A DNA stretch of 63,058 nt, filler included, from Cercozoa sp. M6MM (Eukaryota; Protista; Endomyxa: Ascetosporea): assembly GCA_040357565.1 (NCBI GenBank). It is 9 parts of 9 records of this genome, joined end to end, with 100 filler letters (N's around TTAATTAATTAA, not from the genome) between each part and the next. Parts side by side here need not be neighbours in the genome. Positions count along the whole stretch, not along the records: positions 1 to 18,738 come from JBDODJ010000227.1; 8 more parts are not named here. One strand, 5' to 3'. The notes under the pieces were generated by a model that made no database searches, was not told where the DNA came from, and saw only the letters and a program-made list of their open reading frames with translations. The number at the start of each line of letters is the position of its first letter. Positions within the stretch are counted from its first letter, which is position 1. The translations under genes and the position numbers were made by a program. Below are positions 1-16,051 of this stretch, one piece after another.

Positions 1-2336
<2,336 letters not shown>

Positions 2337-3333
2337 GGCACGTCATGCAAGCCATGCTTCGATCGACCTCGTGGCCGCGGCCAACTCGGCTTTTTAGATT
2401 TACTATAGATCCCCACTACCGTGCTGTGTCAATTTACTGTCCGGCTAGGGTTCTCCGGGCTGGCGTTGTGTCCGACGCGGGCACATGACACAATTTGAAT
2501 TACTCGAATCATCGACCTGCTGTCGCTCACAGCCGCACTGATCACCGCACACACAGACCCACACACCTGCTTAATTACAAGCACAGTCACCACACGTGTC
2601 CCTTCTGCTGAAAGCGGGCCGTAGAAGATGTGTTGTGTTCACCGCACTTTTGCTGTAGCGTAAGGTGTGTAGCCCAGTCTCTATGTACAAACTTCCAGTC
2701 AGTGGTCACAAATCATGTTTTAGATTCGTACAAAAAAATGACTCGTGACTGTGACTGTTTAGACAAGTTGAGCAGTACAACAGACTTAAATTCGTACTGA
2801 AATTCTGTTCATTGTGCTTGTATTCCCTGAGTTGCAGCATGAAACGCGAAATACAACGTTGTCTTTTTGTGCCGTGTAGGGTGCGGAGTGCTTTTTGACC
2901 CCAACGCGAAAAATGGCAAGAAAAACAACACACCTCAGAATAATGTCGTACAATGCGTAAATCGGCGTGATATGGCAAGTGTAGTGCCAGTGCACAGGAT
3001 CTGACGTGTTTTCGTACCTGGACAGCGATTTAAAGGCCGCAAGCTGAAGATACACAAAATAGCGGCTACACGTCTCGAGTTCTGAGAGCACAGAACCGCC
3101 TGTGCGCGAAGCTTTTGACGCATTAGAGACAACATACGGTGCACTACTACACTTAGGGTCATCGCTGCACTCACTGGTCAAGTACAGGGTGAGTTTTTGG
3201 GATGTGTGGCGTTTGTGGTCGGTCTGCCTGTTGTTGACCATGACCAGCAACAAATTACAGTAATGTGATCAACTCAACTCCAGGCAAACTCTTTGTTTGG
3301 TAGGACAGCAACAACAAGGTGTCACAAGTCATC

Positions 3334-4327
3334 ATGCCAGCACGCGCGGCTGCCCTGCGGCAGCGACAGCTGATGGCACTCATGTGCTCCAAGCACCCAG
3401 TGTCGCGAGTCAACTCGCGTCCGAAGAAACGCGCGAAAAAGAAGAAGTCTCCAAGGTACCACTCACTATCGATACCTTGCACTACCTATCTTCACTGGTG
3501 ATGAATGTTCGGTTGTTTCAGAGTGAGCAGTCCTGCCCCTGCTGCAGCAAGCCAGGTGCACCAGCAGCAGCCAGAGTCGCCGAACACCTTCGTTTCGCGC
3601 GCATTTGCACAGGGCCGCTTCGTGTTCGAGCCGGTGCCTGAGCCGGTAGAAACAAAGACAGCTCGCGCAACTCGTATTCGCCGCGAGAATCTGCGGAAGC
3701 GACGCTTCAAAGTTGCTCAAGGAGTCGTCGACCTCGAGCAGCAGGATCCCGGGAGGTTCTCGGCAGCCGACCTTGCCCGGGTCGAGACAACTTTAATCCA
3801 AAAGCGGATTCTCGAACTCGAACAAGAGACACAAGGTACTGTACATTGTGTTCTATTCTGTCTCTCTGTTTTTCTGTGCTCAAATTTAAAGTGTCTCTTT
3901 GATTGGATTGGATTGGATTTGTTTTCCTTCGAATTTTGACGCTGCAGCTCTGGTAAACTTCTCTTGTTGTCTTGTTGCAATGTTCTTTTGGATCGACACG
4001 GCAACACTGCGGCGTTCACGAGAGCAGAAACCTCGAGCTTTCCGCCTTCGCTACGTGGGAGAGCGATTCGAGTCAAGTCAGGTCACGGTACTAAGGATTG
4101 CAGATCTAGACAAGTGTCTCCAATGAAACACTGTACTGCACGCATTCTCTGTGTGAATGCAGCCATGTGCCCTGTTTGACGAGAGTGACGGCTTCTCGCA
4201 GAGTTGCTGTCACTCATGCGACGCCGACATTGACGTCGACGACAGTGACGGCTGCAGTGTCAGTGTCACTGTCAGCGGCCTTAGTCTCCCGGATTTCGGC
4301 TTTCAGTTTCCGACGCTACAACAACAG

Positions 4328-4359
<32 letters not shown>

Positions 4360-4390
4360 GCAACAACAACAACAACAACAACAACAACAG

Positions 4391-4422
<32 letters not shown>

Positions 4423-4485
4423 GCAGCAACAACAACAGAAACTACAAAAACAACAACAGCAACAGAAGCAACAACAACAACATTC

Positions 4486-4519
<34 letters not shown>

Positions 4520-4923
4520 AAACAACAACACCCACAACAACAACAAACATCGCAACTCGAACGACTGCGCTTGTACGTGCGGCAATACGAGCAACAACAG
4601 CAGCAGCAGCAAAAACACCGGCAACAACAACACGACCGACAGCGCCAGTACCGACAACAGCAGCAACGGCGGCAATGGCAACAACACCAAGAGCAACAAC
4701 GGCAACAACAGCAACACCAACTGCAGCAGCGAGTTGAACTCCAGCACGACAACCCAAAGGTGATTTACATTGTGCCGCAACTTCATTTCTGTCCGAGTGC
4801 GTTTTTTTTTTGTATCTATCTCAAACTCTGGGTTTTGCATAGGATGCCTCCTGCTCGGTTGGGTCGGTTTCGAATGCCGAAGCTTCTTCGGTTTCTCTCT
4901 TTGGACTTGGCTCTGTCGAATAA
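3334..4923 (+). CDS. Hypothetical spliced polyglutamine protein
   Basis: Exons joinable by GT-AG introns; basic RPKKRAKKKK motif; long Gln tract. No family recognised. Confidence 0.5.
4319..4730 (+). repeat. (CAA/CAG)n trinucleotide tract encoding polyQ
   Basis: Seen directly. Confidence 0.95.
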
Positions 4924-5438
4924 TCCTCCGCTCAGCATCGATCGCATCACTGGCATCCATACACTGATACACTTTTCTCGAACTGTAGTGCAAGCCAAGA
5001 AAAACCGCTTTGTGTAGTTGTTCTAGAATAGTAAACTTAGTTAAACCTTTTAAATTTACACAGCGATTTTGTGAGTGAGAGCCTGTGCTTCGATATTGTG
5101 ATCCGGTATTTACACACCCACTACTGTTCTGTCGTGTAAGCCGGGTTCAATGCAAACAAAACCACCACCCACCTTTTCTCCGGGAACTGAAAACAGTGAT
5201 CCGCGGCAGCGCGCCGACACGCGTTTCTTCACTCGGTGTTGTTCGGTGCTGTACATGTACAGGACTAGTACAACTTCTTCAAAAGAGAAAAGAAGTATAT
5301 AAAATTCAAAATGGAAAAGAAGTCTAGAAAAGTCTGTTGGGTTGTCTTGAATGTTCAAAAGCACTATCGGAGTGTTTAGAAGGCGCAGGCACGTGCTTGT
5401 ACCATTTAAGTTAGGTGCGTGCTGTTAGAGACGCAACA

Positions 5439-6254
5439 ATGCCAGTGGAGCAGCAAGTCAAGTCGTTGCTGGCGTCAACGTCGGGCCTGGATTTGTCGGT
5501 GCTGATCGCGCTGCTTGTCGGCGTCGTAGGCGTGCTACTGCTGCTGCTGCGACGAGTGTTCGTTAGCAAGAAGCGCCGTGTGGTTATCTGCGGTCCCATG
5601 GACGCCGGCAAGACGGCGCTCTTCCTGCATCTTGTTGGTCGGGAGGTATTGCGTGATTGATATTGCGTGATTGATAGTACAGGGTGTGTCGCGTCAAAAG
5701 GGCTGGTTTTGTAGGGTGACACAGTGACATCGATGGAGAAGAATGAAGGCACGATCGGACAGAACGTGACGCTCGTGGACGTGCCGGGTCACGGCTCGCG
5801 TCTAGGCCTGCAGCAGGCCGAGCTGCGTCGCTGCAGTCGCTGCATCGTCGTGCTGGACAGCGCCAGTGCCGCCAGCGTCACCGCGGCCGCGCGGACGCTC
5901 TTTCATGCGCTGCAGCAGGCGCGCGTGCCCGTGCTTGTGTTGCTCAACAAGAACGACCTGCCCAACGCGCGCGACGTTTCTCTCGTGCGCCGTGCCTTGC
6001 TGCGCGAAGTGTACTACTAACTTTCCCTGTCCTGTGCTTCCTCTCTTTCTCTCTCTCTATCTATCTTATATAATGGACACAGTACCTCGCTGCGCGACAG
6101 CGAGAACAGCATGGCCGACCTCACGGCGTCGAGCGACAAGAAGCGCGCGCTGCCCGGCGGTGAGCTCTCGTTCGAGCAGCTCCAGGTGACGCTCCTGTCG
6201 GCCTCGGTCACTCGCGGCGACATCGACGCCGTCAGGCAATTCGCTCTGCACTGA
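5439..6254 (+). CDS. SRPRB: Signal recognition particle receptor beta subunit
   Basis: N-terminal TM helix, GPMDAGKT P-loop, TVTSM, LVDVPGH, LLNKND; two GT-AG introns; TGA at 6252-6254. Confidence 0.9.
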
Positions 6255-6773
6255 ACGAACGGAATTTAGCCGAGTTCTATCGATACCCCACTCGACTGGA
6301 TATCCGATCCATATGACGGAAGAGCGGAGAAACAACCGAGTTGCATCCGAAACGCGTTGCTTTGATTTATAGATACACGTCATGTACGGTATTTGTTGCG
6401 TCGGTTTGGTTAGTTTCCGTTCGCGATCAGTTCCGTCGACATTCCTTCCGCCCACACACTCCATTTCGAGCTGCATCAGGAAGCGAAAAACTTCACTAGA
6501 GCGGCGAAGTCGAGCTACATCGGGGCGGAGCGAATGGGCTGGAGGCCGACTAAGCTATACTGTAAGTCGGCCGTGATTCAACTGCAACACTTGAAGTTTA
6601 GTTGCCTTTCAAATCAACTTCCTTCGCGTGTGTTGTACTTGAAATTAACTGCGTCCGCGCTGAGTCAGGACATCATACGAAAACGAAAACTAAAGCCGTT
6701 CATTTCGGGATTTAGCTTGACACGACCGGGTCTGAACGCTACAGTACGAGGAGCACTACGAGCGAGTGAACGC

Positions 6774-9700
6774 ATGTTTGGCCGCAGTACATTCCATGAG
6801 TTTCTGCGACGGCGCCAGCTTGAGCGACTCGGATCCGAAGACGATCCGAAAAACGAGAGTGCCCGGCAGAAGTCATTCGATGAGACTTTTACTCCCGCAT
6901 TGTCACCCGTGAAGACTGAAAGCGAACTCCAAAGACCTCAGTCGCCAAGGCAACGACGGCGACGCGACGTGTTTCTCCACAGCATTCAAACCGAGCTAGA
7001 TGCAATTGCGAAGTTAGAACACGAGCTCGAGCGGCTTCAAACTCAAGAAGTCGGCCGCTTCAAGTCACTTGAACAAGGCACAGATTGGAGCAACGTGAAG
7101 ATAGAAGAAACAAACCGCAATGTACGTTTCTTTGATGGAACAACTGAAGCACGACCAATCTCCTGCGGAAGCGAGTTTGGTCAAACCGAACGAATACAAC
7201 ATAACTCGCCGCGATTCATGCACAACGATGGCTTGTCAGAAGACACGTGCACCGAAGAGAAGTCGTACTCCTCGAGTATCACGATCCATGAGCGCCTTCT
7301 CGGATCAAGCGACGCTTCCACCAATAGCCTCTCGTACGAAAGACAGCAGTCACAGAGCTCAAGGTACACTCTTTTTCGTAACTTCTGTCTTACTTGTATC
7401 GATTGTCTGGTCTTCTGTTTGGTCAGTGCATCAAGCGATAACTATAATGACGAAAACAAAGTCATTGTGTCTCCCGACATTGCTGAAGATAGTGTCGCTT
7501 CTTCAATCGAAGCAGAAGCTGCTGCATGCCCCGCGAGCAGCGAAGATGTCCAATTGCAGGACCAAATGCTCGAGTGGGAAAGAAACCTCGCAGAGTTCAG
7601 CGACAGGTTTCCGCAGCGGAAACTCACTTCTTCAATTAGTCGTTTGTCCGCCAAGGTCCATCCGTTGATGCATGCAGAAGCAAGAGCAGGAAGCTGCCTC
7701 AGTACTTTCACGTTCCCAGAAATGCAGCTCGGAGTGCCGGAGCGTACACAAAGTGCACTGCTAAGACACGGTCTTCTCACCTGTTCTGTCAAGCCAATGC
7801 AGCGTGCAAATTCAGCAGCGGCAGCTGCGCAACGCTTCTTTCCTCCGCACGAACTCGATTCCTCCACGTCTCTTCCAGCTTCACCAACACCTGTATTTTC
7901 GAGGGGAGTCGTGACGACTCGAAGCGCTTCCTGTGCGCCGAAAGTGACACCAGCGTCCGTCTTTGCATTTGAATTTCTGTCCGCTGCCGGCACAATAGCG
8001 ACAGGTTTCCGTAGCACGACACCCGCGCCTCGTCATTGCTTTCGGGAGAAGCACCGCGAATTGCGACAATGTCGCTCTGCACATTCGTTTGTTCTCCGTG
8101 GAGGAGAAAGGTGTGTGCCCGAACTGTCGTCGCTGCATGCCAATGATGACACTTGCTTCTTTCTTCGGCACGAAAGCTCGAAGTCGAAACAGATTCGCAA
8201 GTGTCCTTTCGTTGACTTTGCGTACGGTCAAGCTGCTGCCCAAACCGCTCCATCGTTTCACTTGTGTGAACAAGGAAAATTGTCTAATGGGGAACTGATT
8301 TTTGATGAAAGCGCGCACTTTCCACCTTCCACCGGCATGCAGATCGAAGCTTATGTGGTAAGGATTGTTTGATGCTTGTGTTATGCGTAATTCGCAAGTA
8401 TTACCTACAGATCTGGCACCCTTTGCGCCTGCGATGGTACGAAACAATCTTCGCAGCAAACCTGCGAGCAGCAGGCGCAGGCACCACAGCTCCTTTTGAC
8501 GTTGGTTTCAATTGCGACACTGTTGATTTGGAAAAGGAGTCAAGCTCATTAGACGAAAGGTTAAGCGAAGAGCTTTGTTCTCAGCTCAAAACCACGTCCA
8601 AAGGCATACAGGAGGAATGGGAACAGCACAAAGCCACACTCATCCAACAACTTTCAAGCATTTTTGATGACCTGTCGGCAAAGCAAACTACAAGCAGTCA
8701 TGAAACAGGTTCTCGTTTAGACTCCCTCAAGCTCATGCCACGATCGAGAAGTGCAGCTTCGGTTCGATCAATCTCGTGTGTCAAAGAAGAAAGTAACGTT
8801 AAAGTTGACGAGTCAATGCTCGCGAAACTCGCACGAAGCAAGATTGTCCAAAAGCTCAAACAAGAAGTTTCACGACTCAGGAAAAGCTACGACGACGCTC
8901 GAAACCACGTGCTTGAGCTACGCAAGGAAAACGCAACATTGAGCACAGCCGTGAGCAACCTGCGCCCGGAGAACGAGCGCTTGCGCAAGCAACGCATCGA
9001 TCTTAAGAAGCATATCTCGGCAATAAAGCTGCGACAGACGACGGCAAGTTCCGTTGCCGTTCAAACCTCTAGCGTGCGCACACTCGCTTCGGTTCACCCT
9101 GCGAGCACTCAAACCGATGACTGTTCTGTCGAAGCTTTCAATGGCTTCAACGACGAACTGGAAGAACTCGAGGACGACTTGGACACGAACCCGCCCGAAG
9201 ACCAAGATTACGGCGCTCAAAACAGCGACAGCGAAGAAGACGCTGCCACTAGAAAAAGCGTGGTCATGGACATCACCTCCGAGATAAAGCCGATGATATC
9301 GTCGAACCCTCCACTTGAGCTCATTCGGCGCATCCAAACGCCTCGCACAATGCTCGGTACAGTACTCTGTCTCTCTCGCCACCTGCTTGGTATGCTTAAT
9401 ATCGAGTACTGTTAATATAAGCAGTACGTGATCGGCACAGTACGTCCCGCGCAAGCACATGCACGACTTCGTGGGCTGAGCAGCAGTTTGAAGCGCAACG
9501 TCGCTCCAACTTGCGCTCGGCAGCACGTGAAGCACTGTCGCGCGAAGCGAGTGACTCGGACATGGCACCTGCACAATCTCCGCAGGCACAAACAAAACGC
9601 CGGCGTTGCTTGCGAACTGCACAGCCGAACCGAAACATCATCGCCGCAGCACTCAAGCACGTGTGCCTCGCCGGGCCACTGCTTACCGCGGAACTGCGAG

Positions 9701-10145
9701 TACGTTATTTCCCTGAGCTTTCGCTGCATGAGTAAACACGCATTCTGCGTGTTCTCAGGAGTGCTTGCGACGGTTGCACACATCGAACTCACACAACTTT
9801 ATCATCGAACTTCGCAGTTCAACAACGTCACCGGAGGACAGTGCCTCTGGTGTGCTGCGCTTCGGCGCACTGCACGCCGTCGTTCCAGCCGCCGACACGA
9901 ACGGAGACTTGTGCACCGAGGTGTTGTTTGGAGAAGGTTCTTCTTTCTCCGCCAGTGGCGTTGCGAGCTCGTTTAAGTACGTTTCACAAATGCACAGGAT
10001 ACAAATAGTATGCTTGGATAATTGACATCACCTGGGGAAACTCAGATTCGATTGCGGCAGCAAGACTTTTTTGCGCATTCCGACGCCAAGCGACACCATC
10101 ACACTAGCAGATCGCATGGACGCAGTAGTGCTTGTCACTGTCTAG
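6774..10145 (+). CDS. Large hypothetical coiled-coil protein (could be two genes)
   Basis: Long exonic ORFs (6534-8372, 8369-9415) with heptad-like stretches, joinable by short introns. No motif recognised. Confidence 0.5.
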
Positions 10146-10661
10146 AGTACTGTACTACTTGTACTCGCACAGCGAAGATCAAAAAGCGCAGTGCGGTCAT
10201 GCCGGTGTGTCGAATGGCAGCCAGGTGGTCATCTGATCGATGTAGGCCGCCGGGACACCGGGTTGTTCAAAAGTTTCAAAGAGTGCCGGGACGTGCACTA
10301 GGGTCTAAAACCTGCAAACAGACCACGGACGTGTCGGAAGGGTGCAGGACTAGCGTCAGCGCGTGTGGCTGCGTCTAAAAGCTCGTTTGACACACTTTCT
10401 CATCGCGCGGAGGTTTCTCGGGTGCCCAAGCTTTTGATTCGAAATCTCAAATAAAAACGCTTCGCAAAGCCGTTTTTCTGCTTTTGGAAAAAGCGCCTCA
10501 GTTTCCGTTTGCGTGCTTTTTGCGCTAGTGACGCGTGGGGTGAGCTACAGCAAAGTAGTGAACTTCCCGCAAAGCGGACTTGTCGGCTTTTGTGTGTTTC
10601 CATCGATTATTCGACATGCGCAGAAACGTCTTGACCAGAACTGGAAGAAGGCCCAGTCACA

Positions 10662-13600
10662 ATGGCAGATTCACGACCGCCCAGGTTGGGTACGAACAGC
10701 AGCAACAGCAAAAATGCTGCAGATGGCAAGGATGCTTTCGCTTCGGCCGGAACGAAGGTTGAGGATCCCGACGGAAAGGGTGCGCAGTTCAGTTGCGGAA
10801 ACACTGAATGCAAGTTTGCCGCATCGTTTGCTTTTGTGTAGGCTTTTGGGATGTGGACGGCTACGGCGCCTGGCTGATGTGCTTTGGCACATTCACGTCT
10901 GCATCGGTTTCGATCGGCTTGATCAATAGCGGCGGTAAAGTGCATTTTTGACTGGTGCATGTTTCTTTGACGGTTTGAAATTGTTTAGGCATCATTCTCG
11001 CCGAGGCCCTGGACCACTGGCCGGATGCCGACTTTGGTCAGGTGCCGACCCTCCACTCATCTCTGTCAACTCTCTCTCTCCTCTTCACGATCGGTGGGTT
11101 TCGCCCTGCAAGCAGGCAGCTTGGATTCCGGGTTTGCTGTTCTCGCTGCCGTTCTTGTTCTCGATCGTCACGGGCCCGCTGAGTGAGCGGTACCCGGTGT
11201 ATCTCTGCAGTCTCTTTGGCGGCCTCCTATCTGGCGCGTGCTGTACACCAGCCTCTTCAATTTCTTGAGGGGTGGCTGTTTTCTTCACAGAGTTATGTTG
11301 TGCCAGGGGTGCTCTCGGCACAGATGAAAACCTTGACGTCGTTTAACGCAATGATCTCTCTGTCGGGACTTGGCATCAGTTTCTGCCATGCACCCTCTTT
11401 TGTGATGCTCAACAAGTACACATAATCTCTCCTTGGGCACTTGTCCGTATGTGTATGTACACTCTTCCAAAACAGACACTTTGACCGCAAGCGCACTATG
11501 GCGAACTCGGCTGCGACGTCTGGCATCGGTCTGGGAACAATGGTACGTTATTCAAACTGAGGCTAATTTACTTGAAGGTAACGCTGTTTTGTGTTGCAGC
11601 TGCTGGCACCAACAGTAACGGCGTTCTTCCAAAGCTGGGGTTGGGAGTCGGGTCTCGTACAAGAGCCTTTTTTGTGAATGTGCGCTCTACATCGCAGTTC
11701 GTGCAACATGTTCTGTGCAGAGAGCCATCGGCTGCATCATGTTCTGCATGGCGGTTTTTGTGGGAAGTCTCTTTGCTTTGGGACACAAGTACGCCAAGGT
11801 ACACTTTGTTTTGTCTGAATTGATCATGTCAATTCACTCGGAACTACTGTACAACGCAGACCGTGACGGTCTCGTCGGTCACGGAGCTGGAGACTGTTCA
11901 GAACACTGTTCTCGGTGATGCCAGCAACAAGGACAGTCTTAACAATGCAATTCGAACAGAGGAGCACGACAATACAGTCGAAACACAGCAATACTCATCG
12001 TTCGACCCGCTGCTCCTCAGCAGCACTGGCGGAGGTATTTTCTCGTCTTTGTACTCGAGTTCTTCGATTCAGTCCTTTGTGTAAGCAGCGAAATCGTACG
12101 GTGCGACTACGAGTGATCCGCAAAAGTTGATTTTCTTGACGCCCAACCTCTCGCCATCCCTACCTGTCGAAATATCGGTACCCTTTGTTTTGTTTTTCTT
12201 TATATTCAGCTGCCCTGTTACATACTGTTCTGGCTCTCCGTTCAGTTCGACTTTGGCGATCACTTGGACTTGGAGCCGCTGGAAGAACAACTCGAGTCAG
12301 ACAATGTTACGGCGAAGCAGTTGCTGCAAGTGGCAGAGCATGTAAATTTAGTCTGACTGGAGTGATATTCTTGTTATGCGCACTTGTTACAGGTCGTTGA
12401 GAACGACTCGCGGCTGCGAGTGCGCGTCCGCAGTCCGCGGCACAGTCCTGTGCCAGCTGCCGACGGCTTTGTTCCCGTAGAGTTACAGCTTTGCCAAGCA
12501 TCACGTGATGTATTGCTGCGCTGCAGGCCTTCACCAGCGAAGAGGAACTCTCGGGATACGACGAGGCCCACAAAGCCGTGACGAAATCCATGACTCTTGG
12601 AATGCTGCTCAAGGTATCTTTCTTATTTTTTTGTACATGATCCTGTATCTTGGTGCACGATTATTTTGGTATCTTAGGACCCAGTGTTCCTGTTCTTTTG
12701 CATCTCAAACACGTGCGCCGACTTTAGCTACATGATTCCGGTAGAATGCACCAACGATGCAGATCGTAAATCTAGAATAAAAGAGTACTTGTGGAGGACA
12801 GTTGTCGTACGTGCCCGAGTACGTCCAGTACTTGGGTCACGACATTTCGTTCGCGTCATTGCTCTTCACCGTGTTTGGCTTGTACCTGAGTTTATATCTT
12901 TGTCCTTCTGTAATTCAGTTTGAATGATAGTTCGAGTTTCGTCGGCCGCTTCCTCGGTGCACAACTGATTGGTAAATTCCGGGTTCTTTCAGCTCTTTTC
13001 TTTCGCAGTATCTTCCTGAAATGTAGCGATGACTCGGCTCACGGAGTTCGGCTTGTTTTCATGGTCGCTTTTCGGCCTCGCTGTGAGCATGGTATCATCC
13101 TTTCTCTTCTCCACCCAACTTAAGGGCGTATTTGATGGACACAAAATATAAAACAGGTGATCTTGCTGTTCGAGGATTTTGCACGCGAAGCGACTGTTCT
13201 CATCACGTTCAGTACCGTCATCACTTCCACTGCACACTTCCGTTGTTTTATTGTGATTCCTGCAGTGGTGTTGCTTGGCTTCCTGAGTGGCTCGATGTTC
13301 GCGCTGTGTCCTTCTCTGCTGACACAATGGTTCGGAATAAACAATCTGGGACGCGTGCTTGGACTGTTCTACTGCGTCGAAGCATTCCCTTTGCTCTTTG
13401 CGTGCGTTAGAACACTTGTTCTCTTTCGCAAATTCACTAGCAAGAGGTGTGTGTGTGTATGTTCTTATTTGTAGACCTCCCGTGTCGGGTCATCTGTTTG
13501 ATTCAATTGACAACACGAGTCGGGCTTACTTCGTTCTGTTCCTACTCGCTGGCGCTGTTGTACCTTGCTTTCTCTCCGGGTGTGCATCACCTCCTCGAGA

Positions 13601-13724
13601 CTCGTTTATTTTTCTCTTGCTCGTGCAGTTCCTGACGGGAGCCATCGCCTGCGTGCCGATCGTTTTGTCGAAGCGGCACCGACTCGCTAACCTTGGTACT
13701 TCAAGCCGTTCGCTCTCCAACTAA
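10662..13724 (+). CDS. MFS transporter, monocarboxylate porter (SLC16/MCT-like)
   Basis: DGYGAWLMCFGTF, GPLSERY, GLGISFCHAP..MLNK-FDRKRTMANSAATSGIGLG, SFVGRFLG, PPVSGHLFD; many introns. Confidence 0.85.
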
Positions 13725-14204
13725 ATGGAACCCTTCCTTGGCACACTACATACTGCTTTGTATCCGCAGTCGCTGGAATGAGAGGATCATAGCTGAAATA
13801 CCGAACAAAAGTTGCGCTGCAGCTGGAGAGCATCATAACTGGACCAGACACAAAAGGTGTACCTTTTGAAAATGACTGAATCTCGCAATAGCGAATTCTA
13901 ACGCATGAATTGAAATTAAACGAACGTTCGGTTCGGTTGCGAAACCAATTGCAACCGACTATGTATATGATGCTATCCTTAGTTCTGATTAATTTCGAAC
14001 GATCATTCATTACGTCGCACAAATGCCACGCTTCTCGTGACGTGCCGTGCCCTTGCTCAACTTTAGCACTCTGCAGTCGCAGAGACACGGAAACAGCGGC
14101 GCTGAGTCGTGGACGTGCTTGTTTGCATTCACCGAGTCAATACAAGCCTGTTCGGGAGTTAGTAGCTAAAAACGAGTTGGGAGCGTTGTGTCAGACACGG
14201 AACC

Positions 14205-16001
14205 ATGTCGGACAGCGACTCGGACGCAGCAAAGATGCCTCCACCAACTATACGTCGCTCAAAGCAGCAGCACAACTCAAAGCAGCAGAAGCAGCAGCAA
14301 CGTCAAGCGACTGTCAGTTCGAACCTGGCACGGCGTCGTGAGGTGCGTCCCGCGCGGATTCTGCCGGCGGCGACGGCAGGAGCACTCAGCATGGCGAGCA
14401 ACTGCAATACGCGTTTCTCGCGCGGCACGCGACTGCCGGCAGCACTGCAACAACAGCAACAACAACAGCACGAGCTAAATTCGCCAATGAGTCGATCCAA
14501 CGCGAGTCGATCCCACGCGAGTCGATCCAACGCGAGCGCAGCGATGTCGCGCGACCTGATGCAGATGATCTGCATGCAGCAGCAGCAGGGTCCGTCGCAG
14601 AACTCGGCCGAATCAGCTCTCAGCGCGGCCGACCTGAGCGGCAGCTTGAACAATGAGCTCAACCAGTTGAACCAACTGCACAACAACGACAGCTACTCTG
14701 AGTCACAGCACTCGCATGAGCACTTCTCGCAGATGCTATCGCAGGCTCCAGTTTCTTCCCAGCAGCAGCAACAGCAAGAACAGTCAGTTCGACCAGTGCT
14801 TCAATCAGTCCATCGACCAGTCCATCAAGCAGTCCATCAAGCAGTCCTTCAAGCAGTACAACCGCAGCAACAAAAAGAACAGTCGCAGGAAGGAAGCGAA
14901 AGGAAAGGGAGGGAGAGCGACGACTCGAGTTTCCCATGTCTCGATTTAGACGAACTGGAACGACTCATCGACGAAACGGCCGCGCTGGCCGACAACGCAG
15001 TGTTGGAGACATCGTATGCGGGGTCAAATTCGAGCAAGGAGACTGGCACCATTGTGTCTCGTCTGGGTACAGTAACATCTCTGGTATCGAGTTCTCCTTG
15101 CCTCGAACCCTGCAGTATCCTTGCACCCTTGGTAGAGTCAGCCAAGGAGCGACTGAAGAAAGAGACACGTGCGTCACACGACGTGTTGCGCCGCTTCGAA
15201 CTGCTGCTGGGCAGTGAGGAACACTTCGCGCAACTGCGATTGCGCCGACTGGCCGAGATCAGCGAGTCGACTCACGAGCAACTGACGCAGCTGGGCCTCT
15301 TGCTGGCCAGTCTCACTGCCGCCACATCCGACCTGTCGCGCCACTTCGCGCACTGCTCCGACGAAGTGCAACGCAGCGACAACCTTGTTCGCCGCAAGCT
15401 CGACTCGCTCGGACTGGCCACCGTGGTCACCGGCGATCTCGAACTGGCACGCGAAAAACTGCGCCGCGAAACTCTCCTCGCTTCGCAAAGCTCGCTGCCG
15501 GAGGTTCTTGGCTGTTTACTCCCCTGTTTACTCCTCTGTTTACCCACTTTGTATTGCCCTTTCTTTCCCCTTTTCCCCTTTACCTCCCACCGTTACCCTC
15601 CCTCCAGGTGCGAGCCTTGCCACAGCAAGTGGAGTCGCGACAGCGCGACATGGAAGCGCAGCTGCACAAGCAGTGTCGGCAAGCCATGCGCAAGAGTGTG
15701 GCGGTACCTCTTTTAGCCCCTTCAGTTTACCCCCCCCCCCCTTACTCCCCGGGATAAAACACAGAGCGAAGCAGCGGCGGAACGAGCGCGCGTGGCGAGT
15801 GCTCTGGCCATGAACAGCGACGGCCACACCGAGCAGACTTCAGGACTGACTCGAGGGGTCATGCCGACCAGTCAGCACGTGGCCCCGTTGGCTCCCTTCC
15901 TGCCACCGCCTCCGTCCGACTCGAACCAGAGTTCCAAGCCTGTGAATATGACATCGCCGGGAGTGCCCATGAACTGCGCCGACGACTCTAGTTCGATCTA
16001 A
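14205..16001 (+). CDS. Hypothetical Gln/Ser-rich coiled-coil protein
   Basis: Long ORF from 14205 plus two downstream exons separated by C-rich introns; TAA at 15999-16001. Confidence 0.6.
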
Positions 16002-16051
16002 TTGTCGACGCCCAAGTCGTATCTACGTATCTACCTAACGTACTGTATCGT

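Noticed and set aside
5100-5260. Possible H/ACA snoRNA (two hairpins, ACA)
   Set aside because: Spacing and H box unconvincing by eye; would need snoReport or cmscan.
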